Part shown: one piece after another, positions 10,723 through 37,074 of the stretch | Layout of the letters: every line of letters begins with the position of its first letter | How positions within the stretch are numbered: position 1 is the first letter of the stretch | DNA from: Tubulanus polymorphus | Taxonomy: Eukaryota; Animalia; Nemertea | Reading direction: 5' to 3' | NCBI RefSeq assembly: GCF_964204645.1 | Contig: NC_134027.1 | Span: 26,808,560 to 26,872,559 of the forward strand | Length of the DNA: 64,000 nt | Translations under genes and position numbers: made by a program | Notes under the pieces: model-generated | What the model was told of the DNA's origin: nothing | What the model saw: the letters and a program-made list of their open reading frames with translations, nothing else | Database searches by the model: none

Positions 10723-11387
10723 TGATGGAACTGTTAATCAGGTGGTTGTCGTGTTTGAATCTGTATTCTGGATCCGGGGATAAATCGATCAAAAATCATC
10801 AAACTATCAGTATTTTTTTCTGTACAATATCATTTCAATAAACCTTTAAAAACTAAAGGAAAACTTAGATCATTTTTATGGATTTAGCAACTGATGCTGT
10901 GTTTGATGTTCAGCAGTGAATGAAAAATCAACGATTGAAATCTTCCAAGAATTCCTTGATTTAAGATATCCGCAGTGGGGCTGTCTTTTATCAAGAGGTT
11001 CCTTTGCCAATCATCACCAACAAGAACAACAAGACACCAAAAGCTCGAATTCTCCGTTTTTCAAAAGAGTCAGAATTCCCTGATCTGTAAAAAGAACCCA
11101 ACTGCCAGTGATGTAACCAAATTAATCCTCACTAGTCACAGTCTCGAGTTGAAGAAGTATATTTCAAGCTGCAGTCTGTAAGCCTCGTCATTACAACAAT
11201 AACAAACACAAACAATCATCTTTTCAAGTATTTATCGATTTTAATTAATTTGACAATTTTTTAAACCATTTTCCACAAAATAAATAGATATATAATACAA
11301 AGAACAGATTAAATGGAAATTAGATTTCTAAGCGAATAAGTACAAAAACTTGAATACAAGCAGATCTTGTCCCTACATCCTTATTAC

Positions 11388-13324
11388 TTATTCATTGGGA
11401 GCTTGGATTACCAGCAACAAATATTCTTTATCTGAAAAATAGATGAAATAATCATGTTTAATTTTGCGAAGAAAAAGAATTTTCAAAGGCGGGTAAATAA
11501 TAAATTAGGACACCCAGAGACTGTAATAAACACTGAGGGAGGTGTGAGACAATCAATGACTGCTCCCTAGGATGCTCAGGAAGGTATGAGACAATCAATG
11601 AGTGCTCCCTGGGACACTCACGTAGGTGCGCAAGACAGCATCATCTCGCTCCACCTTACTAGAACTAGTACAGTAGATTCCACACTTGCTCAGATCTCAC
11701 TGGCACAAATCAATTCTCAAACCGAGGTACACAAATTCCGAGGCAGTTGGAGCAGGGATGGGTTGTTATTACAATGAATTTGTAATATACTAGGTCTGAA
11801 TAGATATGAAATATTCAAGGATTCACAGGAAATTTTTCAATGAAACAAACTAGCAAATGTAACTCAAGGAATAAGAAGGAAGGAGTCTATAGGAAATACC
11901 TGGCACCGATATCATTTAAATTTATAAAGCAAGAATGAATGTTTTCCACCAGGAATCCATCACCGTCACTAAACCCGATAACTAAAACATAACCCACTGA
12001 ATAAATAGACCTTCGAACCGAAAATTGGATAAAAAATATTTCATTAAAACTTTTGGTCACCGGAAAAACATTTTAACATTTTCGATCAGACGAATCTTTC
12101 GTGATCACAATCATGACATATTCATTTTCTAAACAGAAAAACAAAGCAAAAATCCTTCAAAACAATAGAAACAATTAAATTACAACACGAAATCATTCGA
12201 ATAATCGAGACTCACCGGGGGCGACCATGATTTCGTGTTTCTTCGATCGAATCCGTAAAAACGTTAAATCGTTGAGAGGATCGATGTCTCGTACCATACT
12301 CTTAGCTTTAGCTGTTAACGCATGTAATAAACCCGCGTATTGAACGGTGGTCGCGTTATCTAATGTGCTTCTGATTGGAATACCTAGAAAACAAAAACAA
12401 CATCAGAAACGTTACCACAGCTCTCTCTACAGATATACATAGGCCTACAGATAATTAGTATTAGGATCCAGTTCTACTGTTAACCATCGACTCCGTGTTG
12501 TAAAGATACTAAAAAGTTCACAAAATAAGAGTCTGCAATGTTTCCTCGAGCTAAATGAAGTTTCAACTTTATCCCGATAGACATCTTCAGGAATACTGTT
12601 AGGATATAGGACATTTCGCAATTCTTGGTGTGGTTAAACTTGAAGATTTTCAATACAGAAATGAAGGCTGAGGAGATTAAACTAAGATGAACAGTTAAGT
12701 ATTCAGGATTTAATTCCAGATTTCTTGGGATTAAACTTGTTTTTTTTCAGTTGAATGGCAAAAGAGTCCTATCTCAACTCAGAACTGGTGCCAGGCTGCA
12801 GCATGGCCCAGTGAGTGACAGTAGTGTCTGATTGCCAATCTGGTTTCAAACTAACTGATTAAGGATTAGATACTGGATATTCCAGAGCAACTGCTGATTT
12901 CCCTAATCGTTAGGTTCCTTACCAAACCATAACCTTTTTATTCACTTCGTCTTCAGCTTTTTGGCATCAGATCAAATAGTGGTGAGGTGACATACTATTA
13001 CTACTAACGCCAACAAGAAACTGATATATCTATTTTCTTACCTTCATTATTGACGACAATGATACCAATAACACCTTTGTGAGATTGAATACGTTTTAAA
13101 GTTTCTTCGACTTCAGTTGCCTGAAATTATATATTAGGAAAACAAACATAAACTAAACAGCACCTACCAAGACTACACATGACAAAAATCCAGTTGGAAC
13201 TTGCAGCATATTTGCCATGTTTACAGCTTGCAGTAAGTTGACCACCACATTAACAATCCTGCCTCCCTCGCCCCTGACCCTCCTGCTCCTTACCCATCCC
13301 TGTTGGGACCTGATAACTCACCAT
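11388..13324 (-). CDS. DYNLRB: Dynein light chain roadblock-type (exons 13324-13322, 13120-13042, 12383-12216, 11431-11388)
   Basis: Spliced translation [45 protein letters not shown]...[39 protein letters not shown]. Confidence 0.96.
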
Positions 13325-13600
13325 TATTGCAGTAAATTCAGTGATCTGTACTCTAGTGACTGTCTGGTACCCCCGTACTGTGGTATGTATGTTGCTAAGC
13401 TCTACTGCGCTTGCGTAGTCAAGGCAACTTTACTCGCTAGGCGGCGTTTATGCGGGGATTCCCGTAATTTCATTTCCGGGTTTTCTAGTTATTGACGTCA
13501 TCGATTGGATTTTGACAGATTTTGCGCTGTTTTAAGGATTTCTACCGGTTTACACGAATCTACCGTTCAAAAAAGTAAATCCCCAATAACTGTGAAATAA
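13325..13600. promoter_or_regulatory. Probable bidirectional promoter between DYNLRB and the copine gene
   Basis: Divergent genes. CpG-richer patch with TGACGTCA (about 13493), ttccgg, gattgg and tgcgcttgcg. Confidence 0.55.
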
Positions 13601-13741
13601 GTTTACGATAACTGATGCGTTAAAAATACGTGACAATTCTGTATCAATGCCTTTCTCAGGATAGAAAACGTAAATAAATGTCAATTCAAATGTAGTATAT
13701 TTGTTTTGGATACTTGAAAACTGATATTTCGTGATTACAGA

Positions 13742-25963
<12,222 letters not shown>

Positions 25964-27784
25964 ACACTTAAAACCAGCTGAATTGAAGTTTTGAGTGGAT
26001 AAATAATTTCAAACTGAACAAGGTCAGGATTTGTACGTAAATTGTGGGACATTTTTCAATCTTTCAATTACATATTGTTACTCTGATAGTTAGATTGAGG
26101 AAAAAGTTGATTTAATGCTGTTTAGTATATAAATCTGGCTTCAGCTAATAAAGGAAAAAGAAGTGTCAAAACGAAAATTTTCAATGATATCGATAGTAAA
26201 AATAAAGTCATTAAAGAATTGTGCATTTTTACAATAATAGTTGTAGTATTCAGTTCTTGCTTTAGATGATTATAAACGCCTTGCTTTAAAACGATTTTGT
26301 AACTATCTACTTGTATTTGTAATTGCTGTACTTTTTTTGGCAAATTTCAAAGAATTCATCTAAATGTAAAATAATGACTCTATGATAATAACAATTTGCC
26401 AAAGTTTAAAAACTTTTGTCTGACTTAAGAGCTATATCTGAGTTGGATGATATGTAATTCATATATAGCGTCAAAAAATATTCCAACCGACCTCAGTCAG
26501 TCTTTCAACTGTTATTTCTGGTTGTTCAGAGCCTTGAATTGCGTGATTATGCGAAACAACTTAGAAATTTAATAATAATTGAACTCTTCCTACATTTTAT
26601 CGTACTTAGAATATATATTATATACTATTATATACAAACAATTTTTATTAGGGAATATAGATATATTCATGTATATCCTCGTGCAAGTTTCTTTTTGTTT
26701 TCTTACAAATGACAAACTTATAAAGTTAATATTTTGTTATTCAAAGGCTCTTTCTATTTATACAATGTGAGTGTAAATGCGTTAACGCATGGAAATAAAG
26801 ATATAACTTATCAAAATGTATTAAAAATAACTTTATTTTTGTGTTTCCTAGACTGGATCCAGTCCCTGAAATTACATCAGTAACTCCCTGCAGGTTTCTA
26901 TGTATTTCCGCCAACGGAGAGAATAGAGAGAGTGATGTGGTTTTGAGCCTCGTCAAACAATGTTATCCATAACGATAGAGAGAGATGCCCAAACCATGGG
27001 CAGAAAGCCCAAACCATAGGCAGAGACAGGAGGGAGAGGTCGATTACTTCACAGTCGGGAATGAGCATGGACGATGTACACGCAGCACTCTGATCCACAG
27101 TTCTGAGTTTAAGATTCGACTCAAGACTTAAAAACTCATTGAAAATTAGATAATATTAACTTAAACTCACAAATGTGGAACTGAACAAAATTCCTATAAC
27201 AGATTCCGAGGATGACTGAATATCTCCTGCAACTTCACGGCGAGGACCGAGAATGGACAACGGATTTCTTTAAAATATTCCAGATATTTCTCATGTTTAT
27301 TGTTTCGAACATTTCAACAAAAGTAAAAAATGAATTACACACATAATTCATCGCGATTTATCACAAAATACTATCACATAATGACTAAAACATTCTCAAA
27401 TCATTCATCTATATTTCACAGATCGTGAACATTATTTTTGAATTAAACACAAGGTTCAATTCAAACACAACAAAAACTCCTTTCTTCGAAATAAAAGGAA
27501 TTAAGATGAATATTGAATACATTCGTGGTATCAATTACTTAGTTTAAACTTCTTTTCTCCTTACTTACTGGATCCAGTTCCATTCAGTTAACTCTGAATA
27601 ACTCATTTTCATTAACTCATTTTCGATGACTCAAATCCTAACTCACAACTGTGGAACTGGGTCCAGGTTTGAAAAAAATAGCGAAAATGTCTTCAAAGGA
27701 GAAAATCGTGAAAACAGCGGGTCGAAAATCTAAATCTAATTCACTGTAGAAACAACGATATTATAGAAAAAAATACTAACAAGA

Positions 27785-30700
27785 TTATACTTTATCTGTG
27801 GGAGTGTTCGGAAGAACGTTATGGAACATTGTAGAATGTTGCATCGAAACTCTACGAATTGTATTTTGATAATCATTTTGTTGAGGTGTCGCCGACCTTT
27901 CTCTACCAGCATCACATTCTACGAGATCTCCCTTCGCTGCCGAGTTTCTCATCGATAAAGAAGCGGAACTCCTAAAAACAGTCGTCGCGTCTTGTTGTTG
28001 TTGTTGTGAATCTGATAGAATTGCTGATGATGGATTCGGTGATGATTTCGAAGATCTCGATGAATCGAGAGATGTATCTAACTCCGATGATGAGGGATTC
28101 GCTGTTGTTAGAACCGGTGATCTGACTAATTTAGCCGATAGTTTACGTACTATATTATTTCCGCGGGTATTTTCCTCGTATTTCTGAGTTCTAATTTGAG
28201 GTTTATGAAGCTCTAAAGCTGGTGGTTTATGGACCGCGGTTTTACGCTGTATTTGACGATCAGGTTCTGTATTGTTTTTCGTAGTTTCCGAATCGCTGTA
28301 TAAATTCCCGGTTCCATTTTCGCTAACGCGTCGCACAGCTCCCGGCAGAGACTGAGTCGATCCTAAATCAGATGCTCGTCTTTGATTTCTGCTTACTTGA
28401 TATTTCGATTTCAAAGCCACGAACTGTTGTAGTTTCTCGGAGAATGCAGCCCTCGGTGGGAGAGGAGGAGGTCGATCTTCGCCTCTTTTATCAAAAATAG
28501 CCGCTTGTTTGGAAACGTTTTGACGCTCATTCGCTGCATTGTTATTTTGACTTCTAATTTCTGGTTTTTTAGCTATGACATTTTCGAATGCGGCTCTAGT
28601 TTTGGCTAAACTTTCTTTTCTACGCAACGTCAGGTTTATATAATTCTCAATGTTTGACGATGCGGTTTTACTATTGGGGGTCAACGGGGTACGATCACGT
28701 GGTTTACTGCCCGTTTGTCCGACTAACTGATCCAGACTTTCAGAACTTCCAGTTTTCGACTGATCGATTGTATCTAATAAATGAAGTGGTAATGATGGAG
28801 GTGGAGGAGGGGGTTCGGTTGAGGTGGTTTGGTTTGATTGTGGTTCAGTGTTTGATCTCTGCGCGACTGGTTTGAATGCTGATTTCTCTGTATTTAAAGC
28901 TAGTTGTTTTAGTGATCGGTGTGTTCCGCTGATTGTTCGACGTCTTTCTGTTTGCGCGGCGCTTGATCGTTTTGGTGGTGGTTGCACGCTAGCGCGCCTC
29001 GCCGTCACGGTCTGCGTACCTTGAGAGGTCGAATCCAAATCTAAATCATTCACGGTCAGATTATCCGTGGATCTACGATATTGCGAATCAGAATTATTCA
29101 AATTCTCCGATGAAATCATTTCGTGATTTTTCATCCAACTTTTACTTTCATTTTTCTCAGACTGGACTCCGTTATAACTTCCCACCTGTTTTTCGGCTGT
29201 CATGGATGCAAATGTATTTCGGTTCTGAGATTCCTCCGCCATTTTCGATTCGATTCCGTTGATGCTTTTAGCTTCGATGCGATCGACGCGTCTCCTTAAA
29301 ACAGGCATAGGTTCTTTGATAGGTACTGGTCGAGCTGTGACTACGCGTTTTCGTGGTATCATATTATCCTGACGGGAAAAGTTGTTCGAATCATTTTCTG
29401 ATGACGATTTATCATTTCTTTCCTGATTGAAATCGGAATCCGCGTTTCTCGAATTAGGTTCGACGGTTTGATCTAAGATGGAATCGACTGAACGCACTGA
29501 TAGCGGTGTTTCGCTTCTCACTGGCTGGAAATCTTTACTCGGAACTGATTTAGTTTCGTTTTCATTTTTGATCTGTGAAAATCTCTGTTTCAAACTCGGT
29601 CGACGTTTTCGTTCGCTCGTATCTTCACTGCGTAGTCTATCCACCGATGCTGGTCTCACCGCGGATTTTTTAGCCTGAAATATCAACCAGATTTGCTATT
29701 GACATGATATCATGATAATTTGTTAATTATTTTTTGGAATCTACAAGAAACGGAATCTTTGATTTAACCTTTCTTCTGTTGTCAACACGCTCAAAGTTAT
29801 CTCTGGCAATTCGACGCTGCTCAGCTCGCCAAAACCGCCTACAATCTTCTAAGAACACCGCCCACGTTGAAAAGAAACCTTCTGTACTGGTCTGAAAAAT
29901 TGAAATCACCCTCTAGATACCGGTATGATGAAGGGAATTGTAGATGGCCACTGACTTCTATACGTGGGAGAGATTGTTTTTAGGAGTATCGGAGAGGTGG
30001 GAGGATGAAGACAGAATTCTCTGCGTGATGAAGGGAATTAGAATCTCTACCCGGTAGTGTTATCCGTGATGGAGGGAATTAGAATACGCCCGACAAGGTT
30101 TTTTTTTATCAGTCATGGAGGGAATGATTTCGCAACTGTTCCTACCTTGGTAATGTCTAAAGCTAAATAATCAATTATCTCCTGAAATTTGTTGTGACCG
30201 TCGTTGATTTTACTTTGAATTTCAACCAATCGATCGTCGGCCGTCATTAGGAATTCGGTCATCTTGTTTTGGAAAGGTTGTTTTCTGTTCTCCTCACATT
30301 CTCTCACTACGGCGCCCGCCTGAAGTCATATACATTCACAATTAGACAGTTGGATATCTGGTGATTGGAAAGGATTAAAGCGAGATTTTTGTTGAATAGC
30401 CAGCAGGGAAAGTTGCTCAAAAGTTGGTTAACTTTTTTATTTCGAAATATAGAGATGGCTTTCGTCTCATCGTCGCTTGATTTGATTTATTTTTATTTGA
30501 TGTAACTCTTAAAAACCCACGACGTCACACCTGCCGGGAACGAAACATGGGTTTGATTTGGAAACCGAGAATTGCGGCGTATGCAGATATAGTTTGATGA
30601 GTCAACAGAATTTTTCAAAAATCGGAAGTACATAATTTCGGTGCCGGTTTGTGAAAACAGTCTTCCAACTGGCCTGAACCGGCAAACGATTGTTTACTCT

Positions 30701-33700
30701 AACCTTGGAGTAGTCAAATGATTACTCCAAGCTCTAACCACCTTCTGGGACACAGATATCTGGAATGGCCAGAGATGACATTTCTCTCATTCCACCAGAT
30801 TTGATGGCTTTGAATAACAGCCGAAATGTTGCAGTTATCATTTCTTGGGGGAATTATCGGTGTCGGTTTTCTATCTAAAGTGATATTCTTACCAGTTTCC
30901 TATGGAGCAATAGTTGACTTTTCATTCGTGTAATTTCTTTATCGATATTTGAGAAGGATACGTATCCGGCTTGGCGCAGTATTGCTGGATCTGGTAATTT
31001 AAACTGAGTTCCATTCTTTCCTGCGTCTTCGCTTTCATACTTCGTGATATACATGCGAACTGTATAATTCAGCAGGTTCATACTGTTCTGTAGTAGCAAA
31101 GAAATAATCATGATTTAATTTGTGATATTCGCAAGAAATGATGGAAAATTTGGCCTTGATTTTTCAGAATATATGTACTAATGTACTAATCCCATGAAAG
31201 ACTAAAAAGTTTATTCAAAATACTAGAAATATTTCGGATGGTTACTACTAACTTTCTTCAGAACCACCCAAAGTATTTCTAGTATTTCAAATAAATCTTT
31301 AGTCTTTCAACAATATTGTGAGATTTTCCATTGATTGTTTCATCACAGATATTGTGATCTTACAGATTCACACAGAAGTTAAGTTCACCCCAGGATTTCT
31401 CTATTTGATCTTAAGTTTATAATGATTTTAAACTGCTGCGGGAATATTGGATCTCTACTCACCCCTCCTTTGACATCTTTGATTTTATTGAGTATATCTA
31501 AATTGAATCCATCAGCCTGACCCCGAGCAGTTCCACCGTTCATATAGTTACCACAAACTAAAACTATCTCTAATAAATATCTCAAATTCTCGCTGAAAAC
31601 AACACAAAAAAAAAACATTATTGAAATGATATTGAAACTGAGTCCTTTGTTACCATCTAATTTATTCAAGGATCTATCTATCTTGGGTTGTAGCCATTAC
31701 ATATATGTTTATGAAAAATTAATACAACTTAACTTAATACACATGTAGGTCAGAAGAGGCAAAAATAATTGTTTAAGTTGAACAGAAAAATGATTTACCT
31801 ATTTTTGAGAAGCGAGCATGCCTCTATAATGAGATCCGTTTGTTGATCTGAAAAAAACAATAAAAAGGCCAGATGTTAGAATTTTAGGTTTTGATATGAA
31901 TGAATACTCTTTATTGTCATATAATTACCTATAGTGAACATGATCTCTACAAATTTCTCCTTGAACACAATACAATCTAATCTTTCAGCGAAATGCGTAA
32001 ATTTCGAGATTTCGAACAAGAATTTCTCAGCTTCGTCCAACGGTTGAGCTTTGTTTGAATCGATGTAGTTTTTGATATCTTTAATTTCGTCGGGTGTTGC
32101 GCGGATTTCATTCAAACCTTTCAGGCTGAAACAAACAACAGAAACATAGTTCTTATTTTCTCAAAAAGAATATGAAAAGGACAAGGAATAAACTAGGAAT
32201 GAATGTCATACCTTTCGATGCTACATTTAGTGAAGTCTAAATTATAAATAGCATTTTCAATATCTTTAATATCGCAATGCATCGATTTCATGCGTATTGA
32301 AACAACTCGTGAACGTTTCTCGTTCAGGATTTTAGCCCCCTGAAAAAAAAACATTATTCAAGACATAATTCAATATACGTGATCAGAATTCAATCATTAA
32401 GAAATTGTTACCTCAGATGAATATAATTACGACAATAAGAATAAATCAGGGTTCGAAATGTCTCCTTCAGCGATCGAGAAAGCTAGCAGATTTGATTCAA
32501 TACATGTATTCTAACTATCCTATAGCTAATTTGTTTTTTCAAGTAATTATCTTAAGTATTCATGAAGATGACTATAGGATATTGTCGAAACGTAAAATAA
32601 ACTACATTAGCTAAAGAACACATTTTAGACACTGTTTATTGTTATTGTGCAGGGACTTTATTATATCATCTTTACAACACGACCTCAGGGTGTTTGTTTC
32701 ATCAAGAGTTATTTTACGCTACCTCAGATTTACACCAACTTTTTCGTTTAGTCATTGATTCCGCTAAACTGATCGACTGTTTATTAGCATCGCTTATCGC
32801 TTTGGTGCTGAAAAAACTGCAACACGAATAAAAAACCAAAATGAATATATATTTATTTACAAGATTCTCACGATTTTTATTAGTTTATGGATAATGAGGG
32901 TTTGTTTGGCCGTGGACTCTAAAACGATTTGTTTTCGAGTCCATGGTTTTACCGGGGGTGACGTGTGTATGGATTCGGGTGAGTGAATCTACGATTAATT
33001 CTCCGAAGAGATTATAGAACTATAAAATTACCTTTCAAATTCATCCGTATTTATTTCAGGTTCCTTAAGTTCATGCCACAGTGTATTCTTTTGTTCATTT
33101 TCTAATGAATAAAAGCAATCAATTTTTATATGTTTTGATTATTTCTGCACAAATAAAAACAAAACCTATCAATCGAATATATTCTAAGAAATTTGAAAAA
33201 TAACTAAGATTTGAAATCACAGATGTGTGCGCTGATACCAACCTTTCTTTAGTAGAATCCTCGACCAGAATAAAGTCCGCATTTGTTTTCTAGGTTGAAT
33301 CGGAGGTTTATTTGGTTTAGCGATCAGATGAGTTGGAGCTGGAGGAGGAGGAACTGGAGGGGGTGGCGCCGTTTTTGGAGTAGATTCCATTATTCCTATC
33401 GTAGAAATGATCTGAATAATCCTTACATTATGTATTGTATTCCAGTCACAATTCGAACTAATTGAACACGCTGTAGACAATGGAGTCCGTTTTATTTATT
33501 GTTCCCTGACGAACAATTGAAATTAATTCCCCGTGATTTTTCGATTAACTGATCCTTGTTGTTACGGGTATAAATGAATACAATTCTAATCACACGTTTT
33601 ATATAAGAGCATTTACACGAGATTTAATACAAGATTTCGTTCTGTCGGGTTGGCTCACAGTTATATATATACATGCAGTAAATTAGAATATCGCGTGTTA

Positions 33701-35202
33701 AAACAGTACGAAAACAATATTCTCACGAAATGTTCGCCTCATATAAGATTAATTTCTAGTACTTCGGGTAAACATGAAACGATTGACTGGAAAAACGAAG
33801 AATCGTTGGTTTTTCTGGATCGTCTATATACACGTACACACGAAGCTTTACCCGCTATATCTAATTAACAGTATTAGATTGATCGCGGATTTACAAGGTT
33901 CCTGCATTTGACTGATAAGGATAATTGATTTTACCTTTGATATGTACTAAACATAGATTTAATAAATTAATGTTACCGGCACCAACAGCAGCAGTAAGGT
34001 ATACACGAACAGACCGTGATCCCCAAAGAAGCAGTTGTCAGTTCGGATTTGATTCTAGGCTTTAATATTGAAAATGAACCATTTTAAGTCAAGAGTCTCA
34101 AATTCAACCAAGATCTGACTGTGCAACAAGATCTGTGGACTTACATTTGTTTCATTCAGCCATCTATCAAAAATATTTCTGAGTACCATACATGCTTTTG
34201 TAAATTCAAAAACATTGTGGCCTTCTGGGTCAGGAAAAGACCTGGGTTCTGGTTGTGGATTGCTAAGCAATTTGATTTACATTCATAGCAACTTTTGTTT
34301 TTATTGCATGCAAGTGACTTACCTGGTTCTAAGATCGTTTCATTAGTTGGTAAAAGCTCTGCGTTCGTTGTTGCCGCGGTTTTTTCAGGACGAATTTGGT
34401 TATCACTATTTTCCGTTTGTTGTGTACTGGAAGATTTATCCAATAATTCCGCTATGTTTTTTAATTCGCTCATTTTTTCCATTAATTCATTAATTCGACT
34501 CTCGTACGAGGTAACAACGTTTTCATGTTCTTGTTGCATTCGTTTCATATCTTCCAACAATTGTTTCTCGTTGTCCGAGTAACAGTCGTCCTGATCCGCT
34601 AAAACCGATAACGACGATCTTTTCAACGATTCAGTAACCGAAGACCTCAATTTCTCATTTTCTTTATGAATTCTTCGTAAATCTACAGATCCTAAATCCG
34701 CCGCCTTGTTATCAGTTTGATTAGGATCACGATCTTTCGACCAAACAATCTGATCGTAACTAATTTCTTGTATCGCATTATCGTCAACTTTACCGTTCGG
34801 TGACGGATATTCGTCAGATATATGACTATTTAAATTAGGTTTCTCTAACGACCTGGTTAAACTGGCTACTTCATTATCCAGTTCTGTATCAACGAGCTCA
34901 CTCAGTTTTTTCTCAGTAATATTGCACTTCGTCATGTTATTACGAGCTAGTTTTCGTGCATCTTCCAATAAACCTTGATCGCACCATTGATACAAATGAG
35001 TCGAATCATCGAACACGATATTTTTACTATTTCCCTGAATATCGGTGCTCCTGATGTGGCCCAGACTGATCAGTTTTTGGGCGAAACGCGTCGCGACGGA
35101 TCTTTCACGAAAACTGCGCGGATAATGCTCCATCAACGTTGTTACGAGAACGGATCCTTTGAACACGTTCTTGGAAAATGGACCGAGAGCGTTTTGTTCC
35201 AT
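27785..35202 (-). CDS. Formin (FMN/cappuccino-like FH2) with an N-terminal DEP-like domain, short FH1 and a long C-terminal tail
   Basis: FH1 [13 protein letters not shown]2 start [16 protein letters not shown] and [32 protein letters not shown]-like [10 protein letters not shown]...[10 protein letters not shown]...[10 protein letters not shown]. The ATG follows an acceptor, so upstream exons may exist. Confidence 0.88.
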
Positions 35203-36699
35203 CTGAAAGAGAATATCACAAACATATAATACATATCCGCAATCATTTTTGCAGACACTTGAAAACGTGCGTGGAAAATGTCAAAGAGGTAATTTCACTC
35301 TTCATAACCCGGGTATATATAGGAGCTATGTGAATAAAACATAATGAACCGCTTTCAAATTATACACATTCTTTATTTTGTTTGTTTAATGAAATCGAAG
35401 TGTGAATTTCAGAAGTAATTCACGTCGAAGCGAAAACCCGTGGATTCAATTCATGAAACATTACATTCTTTTCAAAATTCCTCGTGTAAGTTTTATCAAA
35501 ATATATAATGCATTTCACAAGTCCCTGCTATGAATAATGTACATAATTCACTATACATGCATTGTCACATAAAAACGGCAAAAATTTGTTTTAAAGAAAT
35601 TTGGATATTTTCTTCACGGATTCATTTAAATTTGTGTTACAGAAATTTTTACATTTTCTTCACGGATTCATTTAAAGAAAACATAAAGAATTTAAACATA
35701 CCTTTTTGCTAAGCACTGTCACTACACACGGGTAGATCTATCACACTAAAGGCTGTGACTCGGTCATCATACTGATTAAAGGTCGCCAACGACGGTTTAT
35801 GTTTGAAAACAATTTGAAAATTTCTGAAACGCAACCAGCCGTGAATAATTACTCTCAACACAATATAGTTTAAACGTGCTGCAAATGGGAATATTCGGTG
35901 GCCGACCACTCTAAATGTAAATTCATATCATGCTTTTTTATTTTGAATATATATCGACGAAAACATAAAAGGGTCTCATAATGAATTTATGATAAAGTAC
36001 TGGGTCAGGAATTTTATTATTTCAGATATCAAAAGCAAAGTTCTAAATAGGAAGTTGATTAAATTTCCCCTCGCATTGAGGTTAAATACCTAACTATACG
36101 CATATGTACCTACAATAAATATTCTACACATTTCATGTATTTAAGCTTAACGCCGAATTCGTGCCACAATTAGTGAGCTTAAGTACATAAAACGCCTGAT
36201 TTCCCAGCCAATTTTGGCTTGGATATTGAGAAATAAAGACGTACCGAAATTACCAATATTCTTGTTCACGCGATATCGTCCAATATCTCTATAAATTCAT
36301 TGTGAAAACCCCCCAGATATTATAGCCTAGTCTCCTGTATAATAGTGTCAGTAGTTTAGTGTATTACGCAGCCTATAATTTCATTATGCGAAAGTTGTCT
36401 ATATAAAAAATGAATCTCTTTCTTTCAAAACTAGATCGAGTAGATCCCACTTCACCAACTATTCAAACATATCAAAAATAATTCACAGTAAGTAACCTGA
36501 ATTCTATTGATGCAACCCGGATGATGATGACGAAATAGAGTCTGCTTTTGAAGAAATTATAGGCCGGTAAAAAGAAGGTGTAGAATTAATAAAAACATGT
36601 AAAAAATTGACCATATTTCACAATTTAGGCCATAAAAGACGAAAATCATACGAAAATCATCAGAATGGACCCTGTTAGGTTCGAACTACCGGAGAATAC

Positions 36700-37074
36700 T
36701 CGATTCCAGAAACCCCCTAGGGCCACTACTGGGACAATAGTGCGTGACATATTCCAGACAACTATAACGGAATCTTAAGAGAGTATCTTAAGCGAAATAT
36801 GATGACTATCCGTTTTAGCTCTATGCATATTCCAATCTAAACGTGTTCTACGCTGAAATCTCCTAGGAAAAACAAAGCGCCAACCGCGTTATAGAATTTT
36901 ACATTAATCAGGGATTCGAACCTGAACCGGATTCTACCGGATGGGGTCAAACCGACACGCATGCGCACACAAGGCGCAATGGCGCTACGATATGTAGTGG
37001 TCGTACATATCGAGTTCCAAATAAATTTGAATTCCCGTTCGGTCTAAGCGACAGTTCGAGCTAATTAGATCAAA
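36700..37074. promoter_or_regulatory. Probable bidirectional promoter between the formin and NHE genes
   Basis: NRF1-type cgcatgcgca at 36958-36967. Candidate formin 5' UTR exon donor at about 36496. Confidence 0.5.

Noticed and set aside
13216-13218. Alternative DYNLRB start codon
   Set aside because: ATG|gtgagt at 13324 is a better donor and gives an in-frame ATG-only first exon.
26898-27098. Possible extra formin exon or small gene
   Set aside because: No recognisable similarity and a weak acceptor. It lies between convergent 3' ends.
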